Positions 1 to 13,801 are shown, numbered from the whole stretch's first letter. The stretch is DNA of 55,777 nucleotides, filler included, from Sphacelaria rigidula (GCA_964200075.2; 4 parts of 4 records of this genome joined end to end with filler, not necessarily neighbours in it); one strand, 5' to 3'. The notes: generated from the letters alone by a model not told the origin. A program made the numbers and translations.

Positions 1-1200
<1,200 letters not shown>

Positions 1201-1212
1201 GCACTGTTCTAA

Positions 1213-2885
1213 GACTCATGGGAAACTCCTGGCCCCCTGTCAACCTGCTCGAAAACGCATGAGAAACTCCTGGCCCCCCTGTCAACCTGTTCGAAAACAC
1301 ATGGGAAACCCTCGCTTCCTGTCAACCTGCTCGAAAACACATGGGAAGTCCTGGATCCCTGTCAACCTGCTTGAGAACACATGGGAAACTCCTGGCCCCC
1401 TGTCAACCTGTTCGAAAACACATGGGAAACTCCTGGCTCCCCTGTCAACCTGTTCGAAAACACATGGGAAACTCCTGGCTCCCCTGTCAACCTGTTCGCA
1501 CGCACCAGGGAAACTCCTGGCCCCCTGTCAACCTGTCCGAAAACACATGGGAAACTCCTGGCTCCCTGTCAACCTGTTTGAAAACACATGGGAAATCCTG
1601 GATCCCTGTCAACCTTCTCGAAAACACATGGAAAATCCTGGATCCCTGTCAACCTTCTCGAAAACACATGGGAAATCCTGGCTTCCTGTCAACCTGTTTG
1701 AAAACACATGGGAAGTCCTGGATCCCTGTCAACCTGCTCGAAAACGCATGAGAAACTCCTGGCCCCCCTGTCAACCTGTTCGAAAACACATGGGAAACCC
1801 TGGCTCCCCTGTCAACCTTCTCGAAAACACATGGGAAGTCGTGGATCCCTGTCAACCTGTTCGAAAACACATGGGAAACTCCTGGCCCCCTGTCAACCTG
1901 TTCGAAAACACATGGGAAACTACTGGCCCCCTGTCAACCTGTGCGAAAACACATGGGAAACTACTGGCTCCCCTGTCAACCTGTTCGAAAACACATGGGA
2001 AATCCTGGATCTCTGTCAACCTGTTCGCACGCACCAGGGAAACTCCTGTCCCCCTGTCAACCTGTTCGAAAACACATGAGAAACTCCTGGCTCCCTGTCA
2101 ACCTGTTTGAAAACACATGGGAAACTCCTGGATCCCTATCAACCTGCTCTAAAACACATGGGAAACCCTCGCTTCCTGTCAACCTTCTCGAAAACACATG
2201 GGAAGTCCTGGATCCCTGTCAACCTGTTCGAAAACACATGGGAAACTCCTGGCCACCTGTAAACCTGTTCGAAAACACATGGGAAACTACTGGCTCCCCT
2301 GTCAACCTGTTCGAAAACACATGGGAAATCCTGGATCTCTGTCAACCTGCTCGAAAACACATGAGAAACGTCTGCCCCCCCTGTCAACCTGTTCGAAAAC
2401 ACATGGGAAATCCTGGATCCCTGTCAACCTGTTCGAAAACACATGGAAAATCCTGGATCCCTGTCAACCTTCTCGAAAGCACATGGGAAACTCCTGGCTC
2501 CCTGTCGACCTGTTCGAAAACACATGGGAAACTCCTGGATTCCTGTCAACCTGTTCGAAAACACATGGAAAACTCCGGGCTCCCCTGTCAACCTGTTCGA
2601 AAACATATGGGAATTCCTGACTCCCTGTCAACCTGCTCGAAAACACATGGAAACTCCTGGCTCCCTGTCAACCTGCTCGAAAACACATGGGAAACTCCTG
2701 GCTCCCTGTCAACCTGCTCGAAAACACATGGGAAACTCCTGGCTCCCCTGTCAACTTGTTCAAAAACGCATGGGAAACTCCTGGCCCCCGGTCAACCTGC
2801 TCGAAAACACATGGAAACTCCTGGATCCCTGTCAACCTGTTCGAAAACACATGGGAAGTCGTGGCCCCCCTGTCAACCGTTCGAC
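1213..2885 (+). repeat. Tandem array of ~42 units of 39-40 bp (consensus AAAACACATGGGAAACTCCTGGCTCCCTGTCAACCTGTTCG)
   Basis: Directly visible. It also generates the repetitive ORFs in all frames. Confidence 0.97.
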
Positions 2886-3703
2886 AAGCATCGTCTTGAC
2901 ATCTTGAGCCTTCATCCTCGCCCATTTTCCTGTATGCAATCAAATCCTGCTTGTTCGCTGCATGGTGCAAGCATATATATATATATATATATGGTTCATA
3001 CAACTTTCTCGTTCATCCATTCGATGTTCCGCTTGTATGTTGGCCACTTGCATAGTCTCCACAATAAACACACGAGTCGTTCATTACAAGCCAACGACTT
3101 CCATCAGATATTTCCAGTGTAAATCCGGCAAAGGAATATGCGGAACCCATGGACTCTCAGGACCAGAAGAATGTAGCCCTGCCCCCGGGACGATCATAGT
3201 GCGTAGACAGGAAGACGGTCATCTTCGAATTGATCGTCGGAGCACGCACGTAGACGGTCATCTTCGAATGGATTGTCAGAGTGTGCACAAGTAGACGGTC
3301 ATCTTCGAATTGACTGTCGAAGCGTGCACGAGTATAGGCGGTCAACGGGAACTGACGGAGTATCCGTCTGGTGGCCGCATGCAAACACATCAGCATGCAG
3401 CTTCACTCATAGCCTCTCAATCCTTGTGGATCTGGGTTGATTATCACACTCATGAGTAGCTACATGAAATTTGGCAGGCGGGCACCAACAATAATTGTTG
3501 ATGAGCAACTGGTGCAGGCTGCATGCAGTCCTGTGATCCACCGCTGCGGGTAATATTGAACAAATAATGGTATGTTCAGCAGTGGACCTGCAAACAACCA
3601 CCCACGTATTCACAGTCGAAATATAACTACGAGTACATGGTTGGGTTTGATCTCTTAGAATCGAAAAACTTCACAGAACTCTCTACTTGTTTTACGCATG
3701 CAT

Positions 3704-4292
3704 ACTTGGGCGGATCCATTGCCCGTGGATCCTCGGAGAGGGCCTGATACAATCCCTACACCGCGTGGTGACCGGACCCTCCCTGTTCCGGCACTGACGA
3801 CGGTGTGCCTTCCGTCGCCTGCCTCCCCCTCCTCGTCCGCTGCCGCTCCGGGGCCAGTGGACGATGTCCCGCGCATTAACTGGGAGACCATCATCGTCTT
3901 CAGCTCCGCCAGCTGCTCGGTGATATCCGTCACCGATCCTTGCAAGCTGGCGACATTCTCTTTCACCTCCAGCATCTCTGTTGGAGACGATGTGTCTCCC
4001 ACGACGGCCGAGTGTCTTTCCGCAGTGCTCCAGTCCGCCATCGACCCCTTGGCCACAAAGCTCCCAAGTTGGGTAGGGGCTCTAGAGTGTTTGAGTGTTT
4101 GTAGCTTCGTGACCCCGTGAGAGAATGGGGTGCAGACTCGACTCAGATAGTCGATCAATGGACACGACTGCGATAGTCGATCAATGGACACGGCTGACTG
4201 CCGATTAAGATGAGGTAAAAATCTATTTAAAGCTTTGTTGATGAAGAGGGAAGGAAGGGGAGTGGGCCCAGTAGGCGCCAAAGTCTCAACAT
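3704..4292 (-). mobile_element. Probable 5' fragment of an LTR retrotransposon (short LTR-like segment, PBS-like TGG, coiled-coil gag-like N-terminus)
   Basis: Minus strand starts TGTTGAGACT near 4292; TGGGAGC after about 220 bp; then MADWSTAERH...MLEVKENVASLQGSVTDITEQLAELKTMM, cut off at the inner edge of the inverted arm. Confidence 0.4.
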
Positions 4293-7035
4293 GTGACAAG
4301 CACCACTCACGTATGTCTAGTCGCCAACATCACAATATAAAATCATCCTGCATAGTACCCGGAACTCAAAACAGGTATGCCACTAGACCATTGTACCTTA
4401 TCCCGACAAGGTGTATCTTACTGACCACCCCGGGCCATCCTACGAACAGGGGTATCACCTGCGACCACGAAAAAGACCATGTTATGCTATGCTTGCTTAC
4501 ACGCGGTGGCAGGTCAAATATTTCGCACACAGCAATGAAAACGTTGGAAAGGTGTGATCTCCCTTACGCCTTGAAATAAAAAAACTTGCTCTTACGGATG
4601 AGTGCACAGGATCGAAATGTGAAAGCCGATCGTGCAAGGTGCTGTGAGATGAGACAGACAACTTGATGCTTGCTTTATACACCACATCACGATTGATGCT
4701 AAGATGAAATGATTCTCTACACCGCTTTGCTGTGTTCTTGGATGCCATAACTGTGGTACGCGCCCGAGTTCTGCTGTGTAACGCAGCTGCTCAGTTTTAC
4801 TGTAGGCTCCGATTTCGCCGTGTGATGAGACAACGCCATGCTTTATAGCCGTGACAGGTGAAATCTTGTCGTGTAGACTTGATTGAGTAGAGTCACGGTG
4901 GATACTAGGATTGCATGACTCTCCATACTGCTTTACTAAATCTTTCCATACAACAGCTGCTGTGTGCTTACTGCTGTGTGATGCAGCTGAAAAGAGCAAC
5001 ACAACACTATGCCGTCTTCACCCATCAAGCTTGTGCTTACTGTATTTACCACACGGGAGTTTTCACGACGTTTGCACACCAGAAACGGGATGGTGTATAC
5101 AGACGAGGTTGACATTAAATATCAGTTGAACTCCTACTAATTCGAGTATAATCTATCGGCGTTTGCCGCGAAACGGACTAACGCTAGACTTGTTCACAAC
5201 TGATGCTGCTGTTGCTATACGCTATGATTGTTGGAGTTTCACGCAGCTGGCTGAAATGGAACCAAGGTACCATATGCCGCCCCACACGTACTCAAACTCG
5301 ACAAGACCCACTGGATTATAAATCGCTTGTGTCTCCGCACATTGAGTTGCGATTAACACCCTTGGGTTTCACCACATGCTACCGTTCTATTTTTTGTGAT
5401 GCTGTTTCAGGATGGCCGTACAAAATGACTGTACTGATTGTATATGGCCTGCACTATCTCCTCCATAATACACACAACTGTGTACTCAGCTAACAGTTCA
5501 TGAATAATGTGCTTTCACTGTCGGTGGGGGCAAACCGTAGCGAATCACCATCGAACATCGAATGTCAGACTATGCCCGCGGAAGATGCCCAGATCACCAC
5601 TGCCATGTACCGTTAATACGAGTATATATACTGTAAGGACACGTGAATTGTAGTAGTGATCGTGCTGCATGAGTGAAACTTTCGACCGCAGTATTGAACC
5701 AGTAGACATGAGTAAATGAACTGCTCTCGCATGTGAAAGAAATGAAAGGGAATCCCGAGATGTCATCTGCAAAAATTAATGATGGGTAGAGCATGTTTTT
5801 AGGAACGAAGTCCACCTAATAACCGCATCTCATACATGACCGTGTATGCAACTGACAGAGAATGACATTATTACGGCACCGTCCGCTAATGCGTGAAAAC
5901 TGTCTGTGTAACCGTAATGTCATACTGCACGCATACATGCTATCAGGCACAGTACTATGTAAGCCGATTTGCCGTGAACGGGAATTACGAGGCTTGAATG
6001 AACGAAACATGAGGTATTTACCCTACTCCCTGGTCAGGGGGTGTACTCATGATCATGCATGCCATAGTCATAAGACCATTGCAGGGGGAGCAAATCATTG
6101 ATGCTCGAGATGCTATTTTGTCGTGGAAAATGGATGAAAGCTCTACGTGGTTCCCCTGTTTGATCATTTGCGCCCTTGGTAGATATCTTCAAAGAGTACA
6201 AACGAACCATGCATGCGTAAAACAAATAGAGAGTTCTGTGAAGTTTTTCGATTCTAAGAGATCAAACCCAACCATGTACTTATGGTTTATATTTCGACTG
6301 TGAATACGTGGGTGGTTGTTTACAGGTCCACTGCTGAACATACCATTATTTGTTCAATATTACCCGCAGCGGTGGATCACAGGACTGCATGAATCCTGCA
6401 ACAGTTGCTCGTCGACAATTATTGCTGGTGCCCGCCTGGCAATTTCTATGTAGCTACTTATGAGTGTGATAATCAACCCAGATCCACAAGGATTGAGAGG
6501 CTATGAGTGAAGCTGCATGCTGATGTGTTTGCATGCGGCCACCAGACGGATGCTCCGTCAGTTCCCGTTGACCGTCTATACTGTGCACACTCCGACAATC
6601 AATTCGAAGATGACCGTCTACTTGTGCACACTCTGACAATCCATTCAAAGATGACCGTCTACATGCGCGTGCTCCGACAATCGATTCGAAGATGACCGTC
6701 TACCTGTCTGCGCGCTATGACCGTCCCGGGGGCAGGGCTACATTCTTCTGGTCCTGAGAGTCCATGGGTTCCACACATTCCTTTGCCGACATTTACACCG
6801 GAAATAATCTGACGAAAGTTGTTGGCTTGAAATGAACGACTCGTGTGTTTATTGTGAAGACTAGGCAAGTGGCCAACATACAAGCCGGACATCGAATGGA
6901 TGAACGAGAAAGTTGTATGAACCATATATATATATATATATATATGCTTGCACCACACAGCGAACAAGCAAGCTTTGATTGCATACAGGAAAATGGGCGA
7001 GGACTAAGACTCAAGACGTCAAGACCATGCTTTCA

Positions 7036-7320
7036 TGCTTGTTCGAACAGGTTGACAGGAGAGCGGGGATTTCCCTTGCGTTTTCGAACAGGCTGACAGG
7101 GGGGCAGGAATTTCCCACGCGTGTTCGAACAGGTTGACATGGATCCAGGACTTCCCATGTGTTTTCGAACAGGTTGATAGGGGGTCAGGAGTTTCTCATG
7201 CGTGCTCGAACAGGTTGCCATGGATCCAGGACTTCCCATGTGTTTTCGAACAAGTTGACAGGCATCCAGGAATTCCCAAGTTGTCCGAACAGGTTGACAT
7301 GGAGCCAGAATTCCCTTCGG
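7036..7320 (-). repeat. ~7 inverted units of the 39-40 bp satellite
   Basis: Repeated TTCGAACAGGTTGACA..GGA..TTCCCATGTGTT, the reverse complement of the 1213-2885 unit. Confidence 0.93.
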
Positions 7321-8397
7321 AGTCCATGAATTTATACCTGACTGTCCCCGACACGTGATACCCTGTCCAAATCCACACGCGTGAACCTGTTTTGTCCGGT
7401 TATATTGCCGTTCCCTTCGCTCTCCTTCCCCTTTATTTATTTATTTATTTTTGTTCGCTATCGCTATACTGGTGAAGCGCTGCTATTCATGTTCCTGGTT
7501 CCATCGTTTCTCACGCCGTTGATGACTGAGAATGTTTCTTCCAGACACCGCCCTCGTGACGCTTGAATCATGGAGATTGTAATACACTGCAATGAATCAT
7601 CCATAATTATTTCAATCGGTGTTTTTACATCTATGTGGCACGTGCGTGCAGGTTGAACGTGTCGATAATCATATAGCTAACCCCAAATCGGTCAAAAATG
7701 AGTGGAAACCCCTTGAACCCTCGACCCCAGCCCTTCTACCCTGCGGGATTCGTCCAGCAGCCTCCCGTGCAAGCACTTTCCCATGCAGCAGCAGCTTGAC
7801 GCACCCTCCCACGCGGCAGAAGGTTGACGCACCTCCTCAGCAGCATCAATCTTTTGTGCGTCCGCCAGTGCAGCAGTTTTTCTGCGCCACGACGATAACA
7901 GCAGTATTTGTACGTATTTGCAGTAAAACGCCGCTGAAGCGCCGCAAATGAATATGCTTGGTGCTCCTGACCAACGGTTTGCACAACCGATCTTTCCTCC
8001 GTTTTTCTTCAGCGGATACTTCCAGTAACTGGGTCTCCGTTGACATTGTTCATCCCAAGCCAGGCGCAACCAGCAGTGTACATATTCCAAGCTCAGCTGC
8101 TGCCGCCGGGTCCGCTAACTCTAGTAACAGTCGCCGAAAACTCGGAGCTGTTGACACCGGCCACGTCACCAGCCAAGGAGATTCGGCAACTTTGGATCTC
8201 TTTCGTGCTGTCAAGCCAAGCGCGCTCGGTGACGACTCGACGGGGATGTTGTCTGATCGGAGCAAACTGGCAGCATCAAATGAGGTGAAAAAAGAGCCTT
8301 GGAGTGGCGTGGGAGGACGATGCTACGCCGCAGTGGCTGCTGCATCCAACGGAGGACGTGAGCTCAGGAGGTTCCGCTAAGAGGGTAGTCCTGGACT

Positions 8398-8530
8398 ACG
8401 ATATCGACGCTAGCATGGACAGCCGCCTGCGTCACGATTCGAAAGAAGGACGGACGGTAGTTTACGACCATGTCAAGATTATCGTGGACTGAACCAACTT
8501 CTGGAGTCATACAGGGCAGTTCGAGGGATA
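8398..8530 (+). pseudogene. Gypsy reverse transcriptase N-terminal fragment
   Basis: With one frameshift: TISTLAWTAACVTIRKKDG-SLRPCQDYRGLNQLLES, matching the gypsy RT motif S.S.W....V.V.KKDG.LR.C.DYR.LN. Confidence 0.75.
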
Positions 8531-10157
8531 TACGGACCATGTCTAGTGGGCTAGACTCATGCCGAGAAAACCCCCCCACAAAAAGTGCACCGGCACCATC
8601 CAACAAACCGGCTGCGATCTCACTATTGGGCTCGTTTGCAGCAACTTGGCCCACATGAGAGGCGTGTACCAGTCCGAAATCAGCTATAACGCCCAAATCA
8701 GTCGCGTCGTGCATTACGAAACCAGCTTTAAGCGCAGTTATGATCATCGCCTCCGTGCACGTTTTTGGCCGGTTTGGGGGGGGGGCTATCTCGGCAGCAG
8801 TCGCTAGCAGAATCCAAGTACTCTACGAGTGTTGATTCAGCGAATGGAATTTTTCCAGTTGTTGGAGGTGAAGGAAGTATTTTGGTAGCCAAAGAGTTCG
8901 TGAAAGTGATTCGCTGATGCAGACTGGAAGCTGTTGGATTGTGCTGGAGTAAACCAGATTGGGAAGGGAGTTAGGCTGATATGTACGAGTCCGGGGCGCG
9001 GTTCTTTCCACAACTTTATGGAAGAAGTGCAACCACAAGAAGTGGTGGGGGATACAAGTCAATCGAATGGGCCGAGCCGGAGTCAGCATCAGCCAGCGTC
9101 GTCAAAACGTTGGTCGAGTCATTCCTCTCATCAACCTCTGTGACAACGCTGATCTTGGAGAGTGCTGCTGTGATGGTGCGCTCTCCTGGTGAAAACGAGC
9201 TCGTTGCTCCGCGTTGAGCGGAGCTGGGGATTTCACTGAGCAGGCCTCAGTCTCAGCCGTGCAGGTGGGCGTACCGTATCGGAAGAGACGGACCTATGTG
9301 GTCGCCTTGTAAGCTGATCGTCGGAGGGAAGGACAGCTGCGAGCGTGGAAGCAGCGAGTGGAAGCGTACACCGTTGCCTGCCCCACGTTGGGTTAACGAT
9401 TAGGGCGGACAGGTATTTATTTTTCGGGTGCCAACAGGACAGGGCGAGGCGATTCACACTTCCGAGAATCCGATGCTCAGATTATTTCGTTCTCAGCTGA
9501 CGAAAGGGAAACCAAGGCGCGAGGAATTCAGACCCCATGAGCGGACGCAGGTGGATAGGAAGAAGCAGTCGAGCTGGAAAAAGACGATTTCGTGAAAGTT
9601 GCGACCACTCTCGACTGTTACGAGACACCACCCCGGTGAATAACGACGTTATGCCATAGATTGTGGCTAAATTCGTTCACCCGTGGATAATGAAGGTAGT
9701 TCTATCAAGTGAAAGCGGAAGGTTTGTTTAGCCTGATTCATATCCAGGGTGAGGATGAGGATTTGAGCACGCTCGCTACGATGTGGCCTCGTGACGAAGC
9801 ACAGTTACCAGAGGCTTGGGGAGCCGCTGTAACTCGTTCGTCGGTTCAAGAGGCAGAGCGGAAGTCAAACCAAGACTCTGGTGGGGTGGAGGCTCCACCT
9901 GAGGAGCCACGGATACCAGGTAAAGGTAGCCCTCCGACCGTTCTCGAGCAGGCGAGAGCGATTCTGATGAACAAGCCGCGACTAGTTTTGCTGCAAGAGC
10001 GGGAACCCCGGCTCGAGCCCATCAAGGATAGGTTAATGTTGGAGGAAAAGGACGAAGGTACAGGTGAGAGGCAGGAAGCGTACGTTCCAAAATGATGATG
10101 ATCTTCTGTGGTATACCTCACCTAGGGCACCAGGTAAGTTGGGCACCAGGTAAGTTG

Positions 10158-10500
10158 GCTATTCCACGCAGTCTAGTGCCTGGTCTGCTCGTGTTGGTGC
10201 ACACTACGCATGGGCACGCCGGAGTGATGAAAACGACTGTAGTGGTCAACGCACGCTATGAGTGACCCGGTCTTTTGGCCGATACTCGCAAATACGTGCT
10301 GTATTGTGGATGTCGCCGACGCAAACGTACTAATATTCACACCATAACGGTGCGATCTGCCCGCTTCTTGCAGTTCTGGGAGATTATGTAGATGGACATA
10401 TAGGACATGAAGGAGATTTCTACTTGGTAAGTACTTGTTGGTTGTTATGGATCGAGCAACCAAGCTCTCTTTGCTCTTTCACTAGTAGCCAAGGGTACTT
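10158..10500 (+). pseudogene. Gypsy integrase relic (HHCC zinc finger and start of catalytic core)
   Basis: AIPRSLVPGLLVLVHTTHGHAGVMKTTVVVNARYE*PGLLADTRKYVLYCGCRRRKR...FWEIM*MDI*DM.../GKYLLVVMDRATKL; has stops and a frameshift. Confidence 0.85.
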
Positions 10501-11022
10501 ATTACTGTTCTTGACCCTCGAAACGCCCTATTTCCTTTGAAGTGACGCTGGGGGGGAGTTAATTTAGGAAGTAGTAAAACATGTATGCCATGTGAGTGAA
10601 GGTGTACCTGGATCATGATTTGTTCATGTGCACCCAGAACAGCTGCAGCACTCATTTCCAGGCGAGGTCTATTAGCTAGCTTAGGGGGGCAGATTTAGGG
10701 TTGGCTGAGGACATCACGTCCACACCTCTACTATATACTCCGACGGATAGGAAAGCAGTGCTGGGCCTAGGATCGTCGTGAGTGTGAGAACATCAACGGT
10801 TGTTTCACGACAGAGCTGAGCCACACTGGCTTTCAGAGGAGGGGATTTGGACAGTTTCAGTGAGTTACAGTTGGATGTGTTTCATGTCTTGTGGGAATTA
10901 TATCAACCACAGACCAGGCCACGTCCATCTGATACACCGTCTCGAACAGAAAGGGGGCTCAATTGCGCGGTAGATTCCCCGATGTACCAAGATCCGCAAA
11001 CAATTTACGGACAGCCCAGACC

Positions 11023-11385
11023 GGTCAACAAGATCAAGAACTTCTCCGGACTGGATGGGGTCGTTTTTGTACGGTGTTTCAATTCCCTACGTGGTCTAAC
11101 CCGGCAGAGCGGTCAACAAGATCAAGGACTTCTCCGGACTGGATGTGATCGTTTCTGTACGGTGTTTCAATTCCCTACGTGGTCTAACCCGGCAGAGCGG
11201 TCAACAAGATCAAGGACATCTCCGGACTGGATGGGATCGTTCCTGTACGGTGTTTGAATTCCCGACGTGGTCTAACCCAGCAGAGAGCTCTACAAGAGCG
11301 GAAGTTTCCGAGACTGTTCGAGATTTTTCTGCAAGGTGTTTAAATTCCCGACGTGGTCTAATTCGGCAGAACGGTTACCAAGACC
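11023..11385 (+). repeat. ~4 tandem 88-bp units upstream of the PPT
   Basis: GGTCAACAAGATCAAG recurs at 11023, 11111 and 11199; a degenerate fourth unit follows. Confidence 0.92.
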
Positions 11386-12696
11386 GACGGCTATACAAAG
11401 CAACGCCGATTACTCGGGGACGAGGAACATGGTGACGCGGCGATCCATCGTTAACCACGTTCAGTTCCAGGGTTCTTCAACCCCAGGCCTGAGGGGGGGT
11501 GTTATGGATCGCGGCGTAGTGGTGGGAGGGTAGTACGAGGATGAGCCCAGCTATTCGACCGATGGGCTCGGAGGGCTAGTTGATGTGACCTATGAGTATT
11601 CCAACTAGAGGAGAGGGAGTGGTGTCCGTTGTAACGGTTACAGACACGCCTCCGTGCGCGCAGTGGTTTCATTACGCTGTGCGACCCTTGGTGTTACTCT
11701 CTTGACGATGAGCAAACAACGAGCGAAGAGCTTATGTGAATCTATTATTGATGAGGCTATCAAAACCACCACCACGAAAGAGAAACTGAATCGCTTCCGG
11801 AGCTGTGATCACTGTACTGCGTTTGGATGTATTTTCTATTGCTGTGCTTTTGCGGGTTGGTCGCTGAACACGGTGAGACAGTACAGTACGGATTCCTGAA
11901 CCATACTCGATACGTCCGTATGCGATGAAGGTCGTTATCATAGTAAATTAATGAATTCAGTGCACAAACAGATGTGTACTTGAGGCATGTTCCGGCATAA
12001 TCAACATGGTATATTAGTCATCACGTATTGGCATGCGCATGAAATGACTCAACTGGATGCTTGCTCGAGACCTCGAGACATATCGCCTGTTTGTAAGCCA
12101 GTTGCGACGCCTAATGCCGAGAACCCCAACACTATACAGATTCTGTTTGTAACAGTTGGACATGGACATGAAATAGCTGTCGGAGTAAATGAACGTTAAA
12201 TATGACTCTTGGTTGGCCGTCGAGGCATGTCAGCTTGTTGGAAGATCCAATGTGATGTTCTGGATAGTCGATGGGAGATACAGTATGGTTGATGTCTGCT
12301 GCACTTTGAATGATCATGTGCACAACGGATAGTGTTCCCGGAACGTTCGTTGGATGGAGGATTTCTGCTCTTTGCGTATTGTATTATGATTTTATACGGA
12401 TATAATTCCTGCGTAAGGTAGTCACACCATCGCCCCGAGCCCATCTGAGCTCGCTTCATCTTGGGCCCACTATATCATCAGCCTTGCCGCCGTTGCTCTG
12501 AGTTCCAAGTGAGTCCTTACAGAGATTTTTGTGGTCGTGGGGAAACGACTGGCTATGGTTCGCATTGTAGGCTACGAGAAGATAATCTATTTTATTTCTG
12601 TGAACACCTGGATTCAATTGCTACTTCTGTGATTGGATTTATATTTATCTGTTATTGCACAGCTGCCGTGCGTTGCAATCGGACACATACGACTTG

Positions 12697-13142
12697 AAAC
12701 ACGGGGTCTTACAAATTGGGGATGGATCAATTATTGGGGATGAGAAACACGGAGAATTCCAATCTTCGTATCCACACCAAATCTTCGAATTATGGTTCCA
12801 TTTCTTCACCTACTGATAGCTATTGAATACTGCTACACGCCGTAGGAATTTGGATTTCGATTACCGAGATGCTGGGGTCCTGGGTGAAAAACCGCTTTCG
12901 GAACCATTTTGGCGTCCGTTCGGACACCCGGAATTCCCCATAATTGGTTTTTCACCTGGGACCCCAATATCTCGGTGGTCGAAATCCCAATTTCTATGGC
13001 GTGTAGTAGTTGTCAATCGCTATCAGTAGGTGAAGAAATGGAACCATATTTCGGAGATTTGGTGTGGATACGAAGATTTGAATTATCCGGGTTTCTCATC
13101 CCCAATAAAAGATCCATCCCCAATTGTAAGATCCCGTGTTTT
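12697..13142. mobile_element. Palindromic MITE (~200 bp arms, ~50 bp spacer)
   Basis: AAACACGGGGTCTTACAAATTGGGGATGGATC... mirrored by ...GATCCATCCCCAATTGTAAGATCCCGTGTTT. Confidence 0.85.
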
Positions 13143-13801
13143 GAGCCTCTGTTCGTGACAATATATCAGGGCAAAGGTGGACTGGGGCGGCCTTCTCCAA
13201 GGCGACTAGCCATAAGTTCATAATAAGCGCAAGACTCTGTTTGCCCCTACTTCGGGTGCTGTTGTGGAGTGCAAGGATGTTTTGTTTTGGAAAGCGACGA
13301 ATTTGACGGTCTTGTGATGGCGTCACAAAAACGATGGAAAATCGATCGAAAAAGAAAATGAAACTGCAAGAGCTTTTATGCCGGATGCCCAATTCTGCTT
13401 ATATTTCGGGCCAGACGGGTATCTCCTTTGACCTGTTCATTTGTGTTTAGCCGTTCTTTTTCACTAGGACCGCTAGATTCAGGTTACACAGGCATTCGAC
13501 GAACAGCAATAAACGGTTTTATAACACGTTACACACGTGACACATTTGAAAAAAACGGAAAAAACTTGACTTTGGGTCATTTAACGCTACGAAAGGTTTG
13601 ATTTTTTGAACGGGACGAATGTAACGTAACATGATGTAATGTGTGGACCTTGAAGCAGTGTCTTTTGGGATTTTCCGAATGTAAAAAGCGGCTGCTTCTG
13701 TGTATTTTGAATGTGACGCGTGACACGTTACAAATTCACGAAGAAGAGCAAAGTTTTCGTCACATTTGGAAAGTAAAACGCTACGTTAGGGTTCATTCGA
13801 A

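Larger units (their letters stand above)
1213..7320. mobile_element. Foldback-like structure with long modular inverted arms (left 1213-3703, right 6209-7320) and a ~2.5 kb spacer
   Basis: 2881-3703 is the reverse complement of 6209-7040, including the (TA)n tract and ~41 bp subrepeats. Outer parts are the same 39-40 bp tandem unit in opposite orientation. No matching outer termini or TSD seen. Confidence 0.7.
8360..11640 (+). mobile_element. Decayed Ty3/gypsy LTR retrotransposon (RT fragment, integrase, chromo-like C-terminus, 88 bp repeats, PPT, 3' LTR)
   Basis: RT motif ~8398-8530; integrase ~10158-10500; C-terminal module ~10610-11020; PPT GAGGGGGGG at 11491-11499 followed by TGTTATGGATCGCGG at 11500. 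Both outer limits are approximate. Confidence 0.8.

Noticed and set aside
1213..2885. CRISPR-like array or repetitive protein gene (ORFs 1106-2110, 1941-3122)
   Set aside because: Variable parts are only 11-12 bp and related to each other; no cas genes; eukaryotic context. Unit lengths of 39 and 40 shift frames, so the ORFs are by-products.
8820..9070. Possible retropepsin region (WKLLDCAG...FHNFM...QEVVG)
   Set aside because: No clear D-S/T-G motif, and it lies downstream of the RT fragment; not called separately.
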